From Candidatus Obscuribacteraceae bacterium (GTDB lineage Bacteria; Cyanobacteriota; Vampirovibrionia; Obscuribacterales; Obscuribacteraceae), in contig JBGASG010000003.1 of NCBI GenBank assembly GCA_044229845.1, positions 288,001 through 352,000 on the forward strand: a DNA stretch of 64,000 bases. The letters are read 5' to 3'. Of this stretch, positions 1 to 10,093 are shown piece by piece; position 1 is the stretch's first letter; each line of letters opens with the position of its first letter. The notes under the pieces were generated by a model. It did not search any database and was not told the DNA's origin. It saw nothing but the letters and a program-made list of their open reading frames with translations. The translations under genes were made by a program, and so were the position numbers.

Positions 1-249
1 ATACTCGTTACGCACGTTTTCCAGAACATATCCGACCGCTGGCTCGGGCATCAGAGTCGATGCCTTCAGCAGCAGGCGACGCAACAGCGCCGCATGCGCA
101 TCGTAGTTTCTCAAAAGACGCCCGGCACTATGCGGTGTCAGTTCTACTGTCTGCAAATAATCAAACAATGGATGCCGACTGCACGCATGCGCGCGAGCCA
201 GATCCACCAGCTGTTTCGTCCACTGTTCGGTCGCCGATGCGGTCTGCAC
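1..249 (-). CDS. Partial (runs off window) heme-oxygenase-like iron-containing redox enzyme, TenA/PqqC/CADD-like
   Basis: Manual translation from GTG at 249: MQTASATEQW...SRHPLFDYL...GYVLENVRNEY. The HPLF and ENxxxE motifs fit this fold. Directly downstream of trxB on the same strand; not in the ORF track. Confidence 0.6.
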   Translation of the reverse strand, partial: MQTASATEQWTKQLVDLARAHACSRHPLFDYLQTVELTPHSAGRLLRNYDAHAALLRRLLLKASTLMPEPAVGYVLENVRNEY

Positions 250-257
250 GTCACTAC

Positions 258-1262
258 TTATTCGGAAACGCCGGCAGTCGCGCGTTCAGGGCTCAGGGCT
301 TTTTTTTTGGTGTCGGAACTGTCGTGCTCGGCTTCCAGTTTCTCCAGATACCATTGGGCTTCCAGAGCAGCGGCACAGCCGGTACCGGCAGCAGTTACGG
401 CTTGTTTGTAGACCTCATCCTGCACGTCGCCGGCGGCAAACACACCGGGAATTTTGGTTTTGACACCATCGGTGATGATGTAGCCGTTAGGGTTGAGGTC
501 GATTTGATCGACAAAGAGATCGGTATTGGGGCGGTGTCCGATAGCGATGAACACGCCGTCTGCTTCGATCTTCTCTACTTTGCCGGTCTTGAGATTTTTG
601 ATTGTGATGTGGGTGAGTTCGCCCTTCTCTACATCATGGAACTCTTCAATGACTGTGTCGGTCATGAACGCCACTTTCGGGTTAGCCATGGCGCGGTCGA
701 CCATGATCTTGGAGGCGCGGAAAGAATCACGACGGTGCATCAAGGTTACTGAAGAGGCAAAGCGAGTCAGGAACATCGCTTCTTCCATGGCGGTATCGCC
801 GCCGCCGACCACGAACACCTTCTTATCCTTGAAGAAGAAACCGTCGCATGTCGCGCACGCCGACACTCCATGTCCCATCAGTTTGGACTCGGACGGCAGT
901 CCAAGCAGCTTTGCCTGGGCGCCGGTGCAGATAATCAATGTGTCCGTATGAATCTCTTCGCCGGAAGTCTTGACCACAATCGGCTTGGCGTTGAGATTCA
1001 CCGACTCGGCATTGTCGTAGATGAACTGGGTGCCGAAGCGTTCCGCCTGCTTATGCATCTCTTCCATAAGAGTCGGACCGAGAATGCCGTTCGGGAAGCC
1101 GGGGAAGTTTTCAACATCGGTTGTAATGGTAAGTTGACCACCGGCTTGCAGACCTTGAATCACGAGCGGATCGAGGCTGGCGCGAGCAGCATATATTGCC
1201 GCTGTTAAGCCGGCGGACCCAGAACCTAAGATGGTGACTTTCTTTCGGATGGGCTGGGCCAT
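258..1262 (-). CDS. trxB: Thioredoxin-disulfide reductase
   Basis: GSGSAG FAD motif, CATCDG redox motif, GGGDTAMEEA NADPH motif, GVFAAGD. Confidence 0.97.
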   Translation of the reverse strand: MAQPIRKKVTILGSGSAGLTAAIYAARASLDPLVIQGLQAGGQLTITTDVENFPGFPNGILGPTLMEEMHKQAERFGTQFIYDNAESVNLNAKPIVVKTSGEEIHTDTLIICTGAQAKLLGLPSESKLMGHGVSACATCDGFFFKDKKVFVVGGGDTAMEEAMFLTRFASSVTLMHRRDSFRASKIMVDRAMANPKVAFMTDTVIEEFHDVEKGELTHITIKNLKTGKVEKIEADGVFIAIGHRPNTDLFVDQIDLNPNGYIITDGVKTKIPGVFAAGDVQDEVYKQAVTAAGTGCAAALEAQWYLEKLEAEHDSSDTKKKALSPERATAGVSE

Positions 1263-1416
1263 TGATAAAGCCTTCCTTGATGAAGAAGCGCATGCGGTGG
1301 GGCGGCTAATGTGTCATTGCCTGTGTACATTCTATCGGCGCAAACCGCGCCGCAACTGGCTTCACCACATTTTAAAATCGTAATGTAATTGTAGCGCTGT
1401 TGGCTGGAAATAACCT

Positions 1417-2355
1417 TCAGCGCTTCGTTGAATAGAGGACGGGGCGCAAGCCATACGGCAAATCGTTACGCATACGGGCAAATTCTTCCAGAAGCTGCAT
1501 CCGGCGCCTCTCCAAATTAACGAGTGCGCGCTGATTAGACTTGTCGTTATCCAGAAGTGGTGTCAAGCGATCCAGGTCGTGAATCTGCCCGAGCAGCTGC
1601 TGGGCTCGCACCAGCTCGAGATTGGTCAATCCAAAGAATTCGGTGAGTATATATCGCCAGCGTTTAATGGAAAGCCTCAAAGCATGCATCTCTTCGGCTG
1701 AAGTGGCGCTGGCAGCCATCTGGCGCACTTGCCGTTCGTGCTCGATGACATGACGGTCCAGGTGCACGTAAGCAGACTCGTGGAGCACCTTGCCGTTATC
1801 CATGGCTTTCTCGACCTTGTCTGCGCGGTTGCGCAGATATGCCGGAATCTCAGACACCATATCGCCAAGATCGAGTTCGTCGACGTAGTCGCAAAGCCTG
1901 TTTTTCAGCCGCTTGCGATCGGCCTTCCATTTTTTGATCTGCTCCTTGCTAACTTCGAGCTTTTCCCCCAGCTCCAGATTGACATCCTGGTCTCGAAGTT
2001 CACCCAGCATCGACAATAGCTTACGCAGCGGTTTGCTGATGTTCTTCTTGAACTTGCCCGACTGCCACTCGTCATCCTTCATGACCCCCCAGACGGAAAA
2101 CCAGCGCCGCAGTGCCACCCGAGACTTGTGCACGCGATCAGCATTGACCTTCCTGTTCAAGCGCTTCAACTCGACTGCCAGGCTGGTCGCAACGGCAATC
2201 GCCGCCTGCGCCTCGTAGTTTATCCAGCTACTTTGCGCCAGATGCGGCGGAACTCCGGGCGGCAGGGCGCCGGTTTTGCTTGCCGCAGCTTTCTTTTTTG
2301 CAGGTTTGGTCTCGTCGCCTTTCATCACAGGTCCAAATTTCAATGCCGATTTCAA
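1417..2355 (-). CDS. CHAD domain protein (polyphosphate-binding family)
   Basis: VHKSRVALRR, LGELRDQDV, MHALRLSIKRWRY and LGQIHDLD are CHAD signature motifs. Confidence 0.85.
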   Translation of the reverse strand: MKSALKFGPVMKGDETKPAKKKAAASKTGALPPGVPPHLAQSSWINYEAQAAIAVATSLAVELKRLNRKVNADRVHKSRVALRRWFSVWGVMKDDEWQSGKFKKNISKPLRKLLSMLGELRDQDVNLELGEKLEVSKEQIKKWKADRKRLKNRLCDYVDELDLGDMVSEIPAYLRNRADKVEKAMDNGKVLHESAYVHLDRHVIEHERQVRQMAASATSAEEMHALRLSIKRWRYILTEFFGLTNLELVRAQQLLGQIHDLDRLTPLLDNDKSNQRALVNLERRRMQLLEEFARMRNDLPYGLRPVLYSTKR

Positions 2356-2381
2356 TTCAACTAGCCGAATTCAGCTCGGCA

Positions 2382-3719
2382 TCAGCGTCCCAAAAGATCA
2401 TGCAAGACCTCTTTCCCGCGCCGCAGAACCAGATCTTTTCCACCCCTAGAGTACACAGCGTGCGCCCGCTGGAGCAGAGATGGCATGCGCACACGCTTGA
2501 AACTGGGCAATCGGTGAGGTTCCGCGCAAAATTGTCGTAACGGCGAGACAACTTGATCCCAGCGATATTTTCGCGCAAGTTGCTTGGAATTTTCAGCAAA
2601 TGTTTTTGTCAACTCGCGATCTTCAATCAGGCGTTTGATAGCCTCCGCCCATGCGCCTACATCTTCGAAAGGCAGCGAGACTCCAGCGTTCATTTCCTGA
2701 ATATCATCAGCCAACTGGTCGCCGCGCGTAGACAGAACCGGCAATCCGGCCCACAAATAATCAAGTATTCGCGTGCGAAACGAAAAACGCGTTTCCAACA
2801 CATCAAAGTGCGCCGAAACTGCCGCATCCGCATCGAGCAGATAGTTGACACGGTGTGCGTAAGGTGTCCATGTCCCGCAGAAAAAGACATGCTGATCGAG
2901 CAGATTGAGCTCCTTCGCCAGCTCAACAGATCGCCTGGCCATGGGCATCACGTCGACTTGCGGATTTGGCGACTTGAAGCCCATGAAATAGAGCTTCAGC
3001 TGCGGATAGGCAGGAGCCAGGGCCCCGACGGCTCGTATGACGGTGAGCGGGTCAAACCACTCCCAGATGCCACCACCCCAGAGCAAAAGGAAATCGTCTC
3101 TATTGATACCCTTCACATGCCCCTTGGCGCCCGGCCCCTGGGCAACGGGATCGGTAGCCGGCAAGCCAAATGGCACCACATCAATCAAGCGCCTGAATGT
3201 GGGGTCTTCGCGATATACATCGGGAGTAAGTCGCCCCAGCGCGCAATAACGGCCGAGCCAGTAGTCACGCTGGCGTTCGGACGCGCACACCGAAAAGTCT
3301 GCATTCACCATATGCCGCTCCAGCACCTGATGCATGAGGTTATAGCTGGCAGCGGAAGAAACAGTGTCTTCTGCGTACTGCGCCAGTACTGACAGCAGAT
3401 ACGGGTCGTACAGATCCACCGCCAGATATTTGCCCAGTCGCGAGAGGCGCGGATACGCTTTCAGGACATTGCCCTGGACAAAGAGGACATCGGCGTTTTC
3501 GGCACATTCGTAGAGCACCGGTCGCGCTCCGGTGATCAGCTTGAATGAAGACAGAGGGCTGAGATCTGCCGCGCTAACATCTGTCTCACGAGGCGAAAAC
3601 ACCGTTACATCAAAGTCACGAGCCAGCTCTTTGCCCAGCTCGACAGCGCGAATCGCCGGTCCTGCCATTTGTTGAGCGACCGGCTCCAGGGTGATAAGTA
3701 AAACTTTTCGGTGAACCAT
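2382..3719 (-). CDS. Glycosyltransferase, GT-B/GT4-like
   Basis: MAGPAIR N-terminus, WGGGIWEWFDP, ETRFSFRTRILDYLWAGLP. Confidence 0.85.
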   Translation of the reverse strand: MVHRKVLLITLEPVAQQMAGPAIRAVELGKELARDFDVTVFSPRETDVSAADLSPLSSFKLITGARPVLYECAENADVLFVQGNVLKAYPRLSRLGKYLAVDLYDPYLLSVLAQYAEDTVSSAASYNLMHQVLERHMVNADFSVCASERQRDYWLGRYCALGRLTPDVYREDPTFRRLIDVVPFGLPATDPVAQGPGAKGHVKGINRDDFLLLWGGGIWEWFDPLTVIRAVGALAPAYPQLKLYFMGFKSPNPQVDVMPMARRSVELAKELNLLDQHVFFCGTWTPYAHRVNYLLDADAAVSAHFDVLETRFSFRTRILDYLWAGLPVLSTRGDQLADDIQEMNAGVSLPFEDVGAWAEAIKRLIEDRELTKTFAENSKQLARKYRWDQVVSPLRQFCAEPHRLPSFKRVRMPSLLQRAHAVYSRGGKDLVLRRGKEVLHDLLGR

Positions 3720-3849
3720 GTCTGCCAGAATTAGAAGGTAGTAAAGAACATTGGCTTCGCCGAGCTGGTTAGTCGTCGTAATATATACGACGACGTGCAG
3801 GAATTAACAGAAAACTTCCGGCACCGTAAGTTTTTGGTATCTGGCAACT

Positions 3850-4956
3850 ATGACTGCAGTTCTCGAACGGGCGAAGATCGCCGCTGAATACAATTTCGAC
3901 CTCGACCTCGCTCTCGACCCCACAAAGGGCGAAACCGGCACCGGGGCGATAGAGACCGGGCTGGTCAGCGTCGTCATTCCTAACTGGAACGGCAAGAAGT
4001 TCCTGGCAGGTTGCTTAGATTCTCTTCTGGCACAAAGTTACCCACAGGTGGAGATAGTAGTCGTCGACAACGGGTCTCACGACGGTTCGGTCGACTACCT
4101 CAAATCCAACTACCCGCAGGTCAAACTGATCTGCTTCCCGGTCAACACCGGGTTCAGTCCGGCAGTCAACGCCGGTATTCGCGCATCGTGCGGCGAGTTT
4201 ATCGCACTGGTCAACAACGACACGGTTTCAGAACTAACCTGGATCGAAGAGCTGGTCAAAGCCATGACCGCCAACCCCGAATTGGGCAGCGCCGGTTGCA
4301 AGATGCTCGCCTACGACGATCATTCACTGCTTGACGGCGCCGGCGACGGTTACAGGCGCGGCGGCTTGCCCGGGCGGATCGGACATCGCGAGAAAGACCT
4401 AGGACAATTCGATGCACCACGGATGATACTGGGAGCATGCGGAGGCGCCGCACTTTACCGGCGGACCATGCTGCGCGATATCGGATTGTTCGATGAAGAC
4501 TACTTTGCGTATTTAGAAGACGTAGACATCGCGCTGCGAGCCCAGAGTCGCGGCTACAAGTGCCAATACGTTCCAAGCGCCATTATCTACCACCTCGGCT
4601 GCGGCACCACCGGCAGTGGCTATCATCCACTGGTCGTGCGCCTTTCCGCTCAAAACAACTGGAACACCATTATCAAGAACATTCCGTTGCCGCTGCTGGT
4701 CAAGTTTCTTCCCCATATTCTCTACTGGCAGGCTTATTACTTCGCAGTTGTAATCGTGAGGGGCGGGCAGGTCATCCCCTGGCTTCACGGCACCTGCCGC
4801 TCACTGATGCTCTTGCCAAAAATGCTGCGCAAACGGCAAGAGATCATGTCCAGCCGACGCGTACCGCTGGAATATCTGGAAGAGATCATCATCACTTCCG
4901 AACGCGATTTACAAAACTCCCGAGCACGCCTGATAGAACAGGCTGCCCAGAAATAA
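3850..4956 (+). CDS. Glycosyltransferase family 2
   Basis: VSVVIPNWNG, VVDNGSHD, NTGFSPAVN, LVNND, FDEDYFAYLEDVD. Confidence 0.92.
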   Translation: MTAVLERAKIAAEYNFDLDLALDPTKGETGTGAIETGLVSVVIPNWNGKKFLAGCLDSLLAQSYPQVEIVVVDNGSHDGSVDYLKSNYPQVKLICFPVNTGFSPAVNAGIRASCGEFIALVNNDTVSELTWIEELVKAMTANPELGSAGCKMLAYDDHSLLDGAGDGYRRGGLPGRIGHREKDLGQFDAPRMILGACGGAALYRRTMLRDIGLFDEDYFAYLEDVDIALRAQSRGYKCQYVPSAIIYHLGCGTTGSGYHPLVVRLSAQNNWNTIIKNIPLPLLVKFLPHILYWQAYYFAVVIVRGGQVIPWLHGTCRSLMLLPKMLRKRQEIMSSRRVPLEYLEEIIITSERDLQNSRARLIEQAAQK

Positions 4957-4981
4957 GAAACGAGACGAAACCAGACCGGTG

Positions 4982-5470
4982 TCAGTAGTCGATCTCTTTC
5001 GGACGGGTAATAGACTCCAGCTTTCCGGACTTGGGTTTTAATTCTTTCCAGAGCGGCGCGCTCAGCGTCAGGTGCGCCAGACACGCGGTGGGAAACTCTT
5101 CGAAATTGCCGGTGAAAAACTCGTGCAAGTCGGACATGCCCGGGTTATGTCCGATCATCAAGACCGAGCGATGCGGCTCTGGTATCTCGGAAAGCACATC
5201 GAGCAGGTCAGCAACATCCGCCTCGTAGATGCGCTTGTCGAACTCGATTGCGCAAGACAGTTTCGCCTTATCCTGAAACAGCTCCAGCGTTTGCCGCGTG
5301 CGTTTGGCCGGCGAGCAGAGAATCAGATCGGCAGTCAGATGGTTTTCGTCGAAGTACTTGCCCATGCGCGGTGCACTTTCACGTCCACGTTTGTTCAGGC
5401 TGCGATCAAAGTCAGATACAGGCTCGTCCCAGCTAGACTTCGCATGCCGCATTAATAGCAGTGTCTTCAT
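4982..5470 (-). CDS. sixA: Phosphohistidine phosphatase, SixA family
   Basis: LMRHAKS, DFDRSL, SPAKRTRQT, IGHNPG. Confidence 0.88.
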   Translation of the reverse strand: MKTLLLMRHAKSSWDEPVSDFDRSLNKRGRESAPRMGKYFDENHLTADLILCSPAKRTRQTLELFQDKAKLSCAIEFDKRIYEADVADLLDVLSEIPEPHRSVLMIGHNPGMSDLHEFFTGNFEEFPTACLAHLTLSAPLWKELKPKSGKLESITRPKEIDY

Positions 5471-5480
5471 GCTTCAACCG

Positions 5481-6128
5481 TTATGAATCATCTCTGAAGG
5501 AAACAGCGTTTTCCAGTTCTTCGATGATCCGCTCATGCAACTGCGAAATGACAGCGTTGATCATTTCCTTTCCCTTGGAAATCTTGCGAGCCTCGATAAC
5601 TGAAACCGCGGAGTTCAATTCTTCCATAATTTCGGAGAGAACAGAGAGGCTCTCGTTAACGCTTTTGATCAAAATCTCGGCGCGATGATCCTCATCTTTT
5701 GACCGGCAGGTGCCGCAAATTCCATAGATGTCGAAGCGGCTGCTGTGATGGTCGTAGCCTTTCCGGTCAGCAACCGCCTTTCCGAAACCGCGAATCAAAT
5801 CATCGGCGAATTCCACCGTCAGTCCGCACTTGAGACATATCAGGTGGTCGTGATCGTGTCCGTCATCCCGGGCTTCATACCGGCGTCCATGGTCGCCGGA
5901 GACTGCCGTGACATCGCCGTGCGCCTGCAACTGATTCAACGTGCGATAAACAGTTGAAAGACTTACTTCTAGACCCGAGTCGCGAGCGCGCCTGTAAACC
6001 TCGGGTGCTGTCAGGTGCACGCCGCGCGGAATGTCACGCACCAGAGCGGCTATGGCATCTTGCAGCTGCTTGTTCCGCCGAGCCCTTCCGGCTCCGTTGG
6101 CTGCATCATCACCAGTCTTTTGGTTCAC
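5481..6128 (-). CDS. Fur-family transcriptional repressor with C-terminal helical extension
   Basis: HLTAPEV, SLSTVYRTL, HDHDHLICLKCG, CGTC; about 65 extra C-terminal residues. Confidence 0.9.
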   Translation of the reverse strand: MNQKTGDDAANGAGRARRNKQLQDAIAALVRDIPRGVHLTAPEVYRRARDSGLEVSLSTVYRTLNQLQAHGDVTAVSGDHGRRYEARDDGHDHDHLICLKCGLTVEFADDLIRGFGKAVADRKGYDHHSSRFDIYGICGTCRSKDEDHRAEILIKSVNESLSVLSEIMEELNSAVSVIEARKISKGKEMINAVISQLHERIIEELENAVSFRDDS

Positions 6129-6172
6129 GCGGCACCCTTCTGAAATCCTTGTCTCAGGTTAGTGAGAAAGCT

Positions 6173-6187
6173 ATTGAGAATCATTCC
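6173..6187. promoter_or_regulatory. Putative Fur-box-like site upstream of the fur homolog
   Basis: ATTGAGAATCATTCC resembles the TGAGAATnATTCTCA palindrome. Confidence 0.4.
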
Positions 6188-6398
6188 GTACCAATTTTCA
6201 CACTTCTCGAGCAAAATTATGTCGCCTTTTATAGCCTGTGTGACATTTATCGATATACTCGGCATCCCTTATCAACTGCGACTTTTGCCAATTTTACGCG
6301 TTTTTCGCATATTGTCATCGGCGTCAGCGCCTCCCAGCAGATAAGGAAAGCTTATTTGACAAAGGAATTTGCTCGGTTGTATCTTTTTAGCGTTCACT

Positions 6399-6419
6399 AA
6401 TTGAGAATGGCTCTCAGTT
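6399..6419. promoter_or_regulatory. Putative Fur-box-like palindrome
   Basis: AATTGAGAATGGCTCTCAGTT, an imperfect inverted repeat (TGAGA...TCTCA) in the divergent fur/DUF1003 intergenic region. Confidence 0.45.
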
Positions 6420-6694
6420 ACCTCGGTCCTAATCGTCGTCCTAAATCAGAGCGGCTCTTTTCGAAGTATTGGTGTACAGGCTCAAATACATTCAATAGAA
6501 ATCGAAGGAAGGAAGAACTCGCAGTGGTCGATGACGACCAACGACCCACCTGAGAAATCCAATCAATCAAACCGGGGGGACCGCTCGTCCTCCCGGTTTC
6601 CTTTTGGACGTGCGATGCGCGAAAAACGTCTGAGTTTCGTGCGGTGCCGTACAATGTCCATCCGATACTGCACCTTACGCTATGGACGGACGTT

Positions 6695-7201
6695 ATGGCT
6701 CCGGATCAAACAGTCGTCGAGCAAGACGAAACTTCTGAAGAACTCTATCCACGCAAGCGCGTTTGTCGCAGACCAGTCGACGTCAACGACCTGCACTACG
6801 CCAAGCTCACGTTCAATGACCGAGTAGCAGTGTTGGTAACAGGCGCAATCGGCTCAATGTACGCCGTTTACTTGTTCCTCGTGTTCTCCGTAGGGTGGAT
6901 GCTCTGGCAGGCGTGGATGTCACAGACGGCATTTGATCCCTATCCATTTGCGTTTCTACTCTTTTTAGGAAACATCGTACAGCTGCTGCTGATGCCCTTG
7001 ATTATGGTGGGGCAGAACATTCAAGGTCGCCATTCCGAGCTGCGAGCCGAAGAAGAGTATGCAACTTGTGTGGCAACCTACGAAGACATTGAAGAGATGA
7101 TGGAACATCTCGCTGCGCAGGACGTGGAAATTCTCAAACAATCCGCGATGATGCGGCAGATTTTGAAGAAACTGGAAGACGCGACACCGACTTTCAATTA
7201 G
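6695..7201 (+). CDS. DUF1003-like membrane protein
   Basis: DRVAVLVTGAIGS, FDPYPFAFL, PLIMVGQN. The ORF track starts at 6644; the ATG at 6695 is more likely. Confidence 0.8.
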   Translation: MAPDQTVVEQDETSEELYPRKRVCRRPVDVNDLHYAKLTFNDRVAVLVTGAIGSMYAVYLFLVFSVGWMLWQAWMSQTAFDPYPFAFLLFLGNIVQLLLMPLIMVGQNIQGRHSELRAEEEYATCVATYEDIEEMMEHLAAQDVEILKQSAMMRQILKKLEDATPTFN

Positions 7202-9002
7202 GTGTCTCGGCGCTCAACCCTTGCATATCACGCAGCATCGTCTTCGCCTGCGGATACTCAGTGAACCCCTTGTTACCGTGGTCTACAACCCACTCAAGCA
7301 ACGGACGGGCTTCTTTTTCCTTTCCCTCGAATATGCAAGTCACCGCCACATAAGTGTTTGCTTCGGTCTTATCGTCAATACTTTGCGCAGCAGCAAGAAG
7401 CCGATCTGCGGACAAGCTGCCGTCGGCAAACTGCAAGAGTTTCTTAGACCATTCATCAGTTGTGTGGGGCAACACTTGCTGCACCACTGCTTTAGCCTTG
7501 TCCAGCTGTCCGGAACCACGATAGGCCAATGCAGCAATCGTGGCTGCGTACGCAGCATGAGGATTGTCCGCTGCTATCAAAGACAGTCCTTTCTCAGCGT
7601 CACGGGCTGCTAACAGATACTCCCGCCTCGAGAGAAAAAATTGTGACCGCAACATAACCGCCGCCTCACCGGTGTCGGCAACTCCCAGGTCGACCGCGCG
7701 ATCCAGCTTTTCGCGGGCTTTGTCATAGTCGCCCCGCAGCCAATAAATATCGCCGCGCAGCGTCTGCAAGGTACCGTCAGAAAGTGGCGGCGAACTGCTG
7801 ATGGTGGCATCATTGAGCGCCTGCTCATACTGACCCAACCATTCTTTAGCGTGAATTCTTACGGCATACGGACGCGTCAGCTTTGGCGCCAGCTTGATCG
7901 CCTCTTGTGCGTCTTCCAGAGCCTTTGCGTATTCGCCCTTACTGAGCCGAGCCTGAGCACGCAAGCTGTAAGCAACAGGTTTTGGTCCGCCCAGTTCCAG
8001 AATTTTTGCTGCGTCGTTTTCCAATCCCTGCCAGTTCTCATTTTTTTCATAGATGTACATGCGAGTGACATAGCCGTCGACTGCGGTCGGATTACTGGCG
8101 ATGCTTTTGTTGATCATCGCCAGCGCTCGTGGAGAATCATGGCGCTCGATCAAATCCATAGCCCGGTCGCGTTCATACTGATGGTCAAAATCGAATGGAC
8201 GCATCTGATCTACTCGATACATCGTAAACAACAGCCCCGCCATCGCCATGAACGAACTGACCGTCACCGCCAACTTCACGGGGCGATTAGCGGGACGCAA
8301 GAGAAATATCCCGCAGAACATGCCAACTACAAAGCCACCGGCATGGGCCGCGTTGTCCACGTCAGGTATGAACATTCCCGTGACCACGGCGATAAAGACG
8401 AAGACCGGCACAAAGCGCATAGTCGAAATGATCAGGCGTTTTGGCAGGGTCGATTGGTTGTTGATAAAGAAGGAGAGAAACGCACCCCACAAGCCGAGAA
8501 CCGCTCCGGATGCCCCCGCGCTAACCTGATAAGGGTGCGCCAACAGACTGAACAAAGAGGCACCGACCGCGCAAAACAAATAGATGGTGAGGAAACGCAA
8601 AGTGCCACCAAGTCTTTCGACATAACGGCCCACGTCCCAGAGTACAAACATGTTGACGGCCAGGTGAAATATGCTCACATGCACGAATGCAGAAGTGAGC
8701 AGTCGCCAGGGTTCCTCATTGAGAGCCAGACTTGGTGCGCACGCGCCCCAATGAATTACGAGAGATCTGCCGGCATAAATGAACGCTACACCCTTACTTT
8801 CGATAACCATCGCCAGAAACACCAGGCAGTTGATGGCGATCAAAATCCACGCCGTGTAGAAGGTCTGCTTCCTGTAGTAGCCTTCCAAGATCTTGAGCGG
8901 ATCATTGGGGTCGACGGGTTTTTCGTTGGCGTCGACGGGCTTTTCGTCGGCGGCTTTACCGTCGGCGTTGTCGGTATTTGGGATTTCCTTTTCGTCTGAC
9001 AT
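7194..9002 (-). CDS. Rhomboid intramembrane serine protease fused to a TPR/NlpI-like domain
   Basis: WRLLTSAFVH, HLAVNM, catalytic GASG and AHAGG motifs; TPR helices in the C-terminal half. Confidence 0.9.
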   Translation of the reverse strand: MSDEKEIPNTDNADGKAADEKPVDANEKPVDPNDPLKILEGYYRKQTFYTAWILIAINCLVFLAMVIESKGVAFIYAGRSLVIHWGACAPSLALNEEPWRLLTSAFVHVSIFHLAVNMFVLWDVGRYVERLGGTLRFLTIYLFCAVGASLFSLLAHPYQVSAGASGAVLGLWGAFLSFFINNQSTLPKRLIISTMRFVPVFVFIAVVTGMFIPDVDNAAHAGGFVVGMFCGIFLLRPANRPVKLAVTVSSFMAMAGLLFTMYRVDQMRPFDFDHQYERDRAMDLIERHDSPRALAMINKSIASNPTAVDGYVTRMYIYEKNENWQGLENDAAKILELGGPKPVAYSLRAQARLSKGEYAKALEDAQEAIKLAPKLTRPYAVRIHAKEWLGQYEQALNDATISSSPPLSDGTLQTLRGDIYWLRGDYDKAREKLDRAVDLGVADTGEAAVMLRSQFFLSRREYLLAARDAEKGLSLIAADNPHAAYAATIAALAYRGSGQLDKAKAVVQQVLPHTTDEWSKKLLQFADGSLSADRLLAAAQSIDDKTEANTYVAVTCIFEGKEKEARPLLEWVVDHGNKGFTEYPQAKTMLRDMQGLSAETPN

Positions 9003-9013
9003 TGAGCGCTGCG

Positions 9014-10090
9014 CTATTCACGCGGCTCAATCCCGAGACCTGGACGATCGGGTAGCACCATGTAGCCATCCTTGTATTCGGCACCGGCAAACGGATCGTT
9101 GGCTAACAGCATGGCGCCGTCCAGGTCGAGATAATCGCAGAGCGCCTGAATCTGGCAGGCGGCCGAAATGCCGACGGACGACTCGACCATACAGCCAAAC
9201 ATGATCTTCAAATTGAAAGCGCGCGCGGTGTGGATGACTTTCATGGCTTCCAGGATGCCACCAGTTTTCGCCAGCTTGACGACGACACCATCAATGGTGC
9301 CGGCCAGCCGCGCCACATCGGTAGAGCGCATGATGCTTTCGTCAGCAAACACGGGAATGGCTGTGTGTTCGCGCACGAACTGCCAGTCGGTTACCTGGGC
9401 GTACTTTGGAATCGGCTGCTCGATAAATTCGACGCCGTGATCTTGCAGGAACCTGGACATTTTGATGGCCTGCTTTGGCGTCCAACCACCGTTCGCGTCG
9501 ACTCTCAGAGGCAGATCTTTAGCGACCTTGCGAACTCGCTTGATGATTTCTTCATCGTAGCTGGTGCCCTGCTTAATTTTCAGCATCTTGTATCCGGCAT
9601 CGACAGCTTCTCGGGTCTTCTGCTCGACTACGTCGAGGCTGTCGATGCCGATAGTGAAATCGGTCATCGGATATTTCAACTCGGCCAACCCCAGAGAATG
9701 GTAGGTCGGAGTCTTGATCAGCTTACCGACAATGTCATGCAAAGCCATTTCCACAGCGGCTTTCGCCGAGCAGTTGCCGGCGATGGATTTGTCCAATCGC
9801 TGAACGATCGCCTCGATTGCAAAAGGGTTTTCACCCAAGATGTCTGTTTCCGCCCAGGTCTTCAAAACAGCCGAGACAGTGCTGGCATTCTCATTATGAT
9901 ACTCAGCCGGAGCGGCTTCACCGAGTCCCTCGATGCCTTCGAAAGACAAGCGCACCAGAATGTTGTGCGTGTCGGACGAGGTGCCATACGAAATGCCGAA
10001 AGGATGCTTCGTGCGCAGCATCAGATCTTCAAAGGAAAGTTGGATCGCAGACTTCTGCTTCGTAGCTGTCACCTTAGTTCCTCCCGCCAT
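9014..10090 (-). CDS. L-Ala-D/L-Glu dipeptide epimerase (enolase superfamily)
   Basis: GLGEAAP, KIK, RVDANGGW, IEQP, ADES, KLAKTGG, GCMVES, DLDG. Confidence 0.92.
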   Translation of the reverse strand: MAGGTKVTATKQKSAIQLSFEDLMLRTKHPFGISYGTSSDTHNILVRLSFEGIEGLGEAAPAEYHNENASTVSAVLKTWAETDILGENPFAIEAIVQRLDKSIAGNCSAKAAVEMALHDIVGKLIKTPTYHSLGLAELKYPMTDFTIGIDSLDVVEQKTREAVDAGYKMLKIKQGTSYDEEIIKRVRKVAKDLPLRVDANGGWTPKQAIKMSRFLQDHGVEFIEQPIPKYAQVTDWQFVREHTAIPVFADESIMRSTDVARLAGTIDGVVVKLAKTGGILEAMKVIHTARAFNLKIMFGCMVESSVGISAACQIQALCDYLDLDGAMLLANDPFAGAEYKDGYMVLPDRPGLGIEPRE

Positions 10091-10093
10091 AAA

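Noticed and set aside
1417..5470. CHAD plus SixA as a novel system
   Set aside because: Their association with polyphosphate loci is already known, and no ppk or ppx is in the window.
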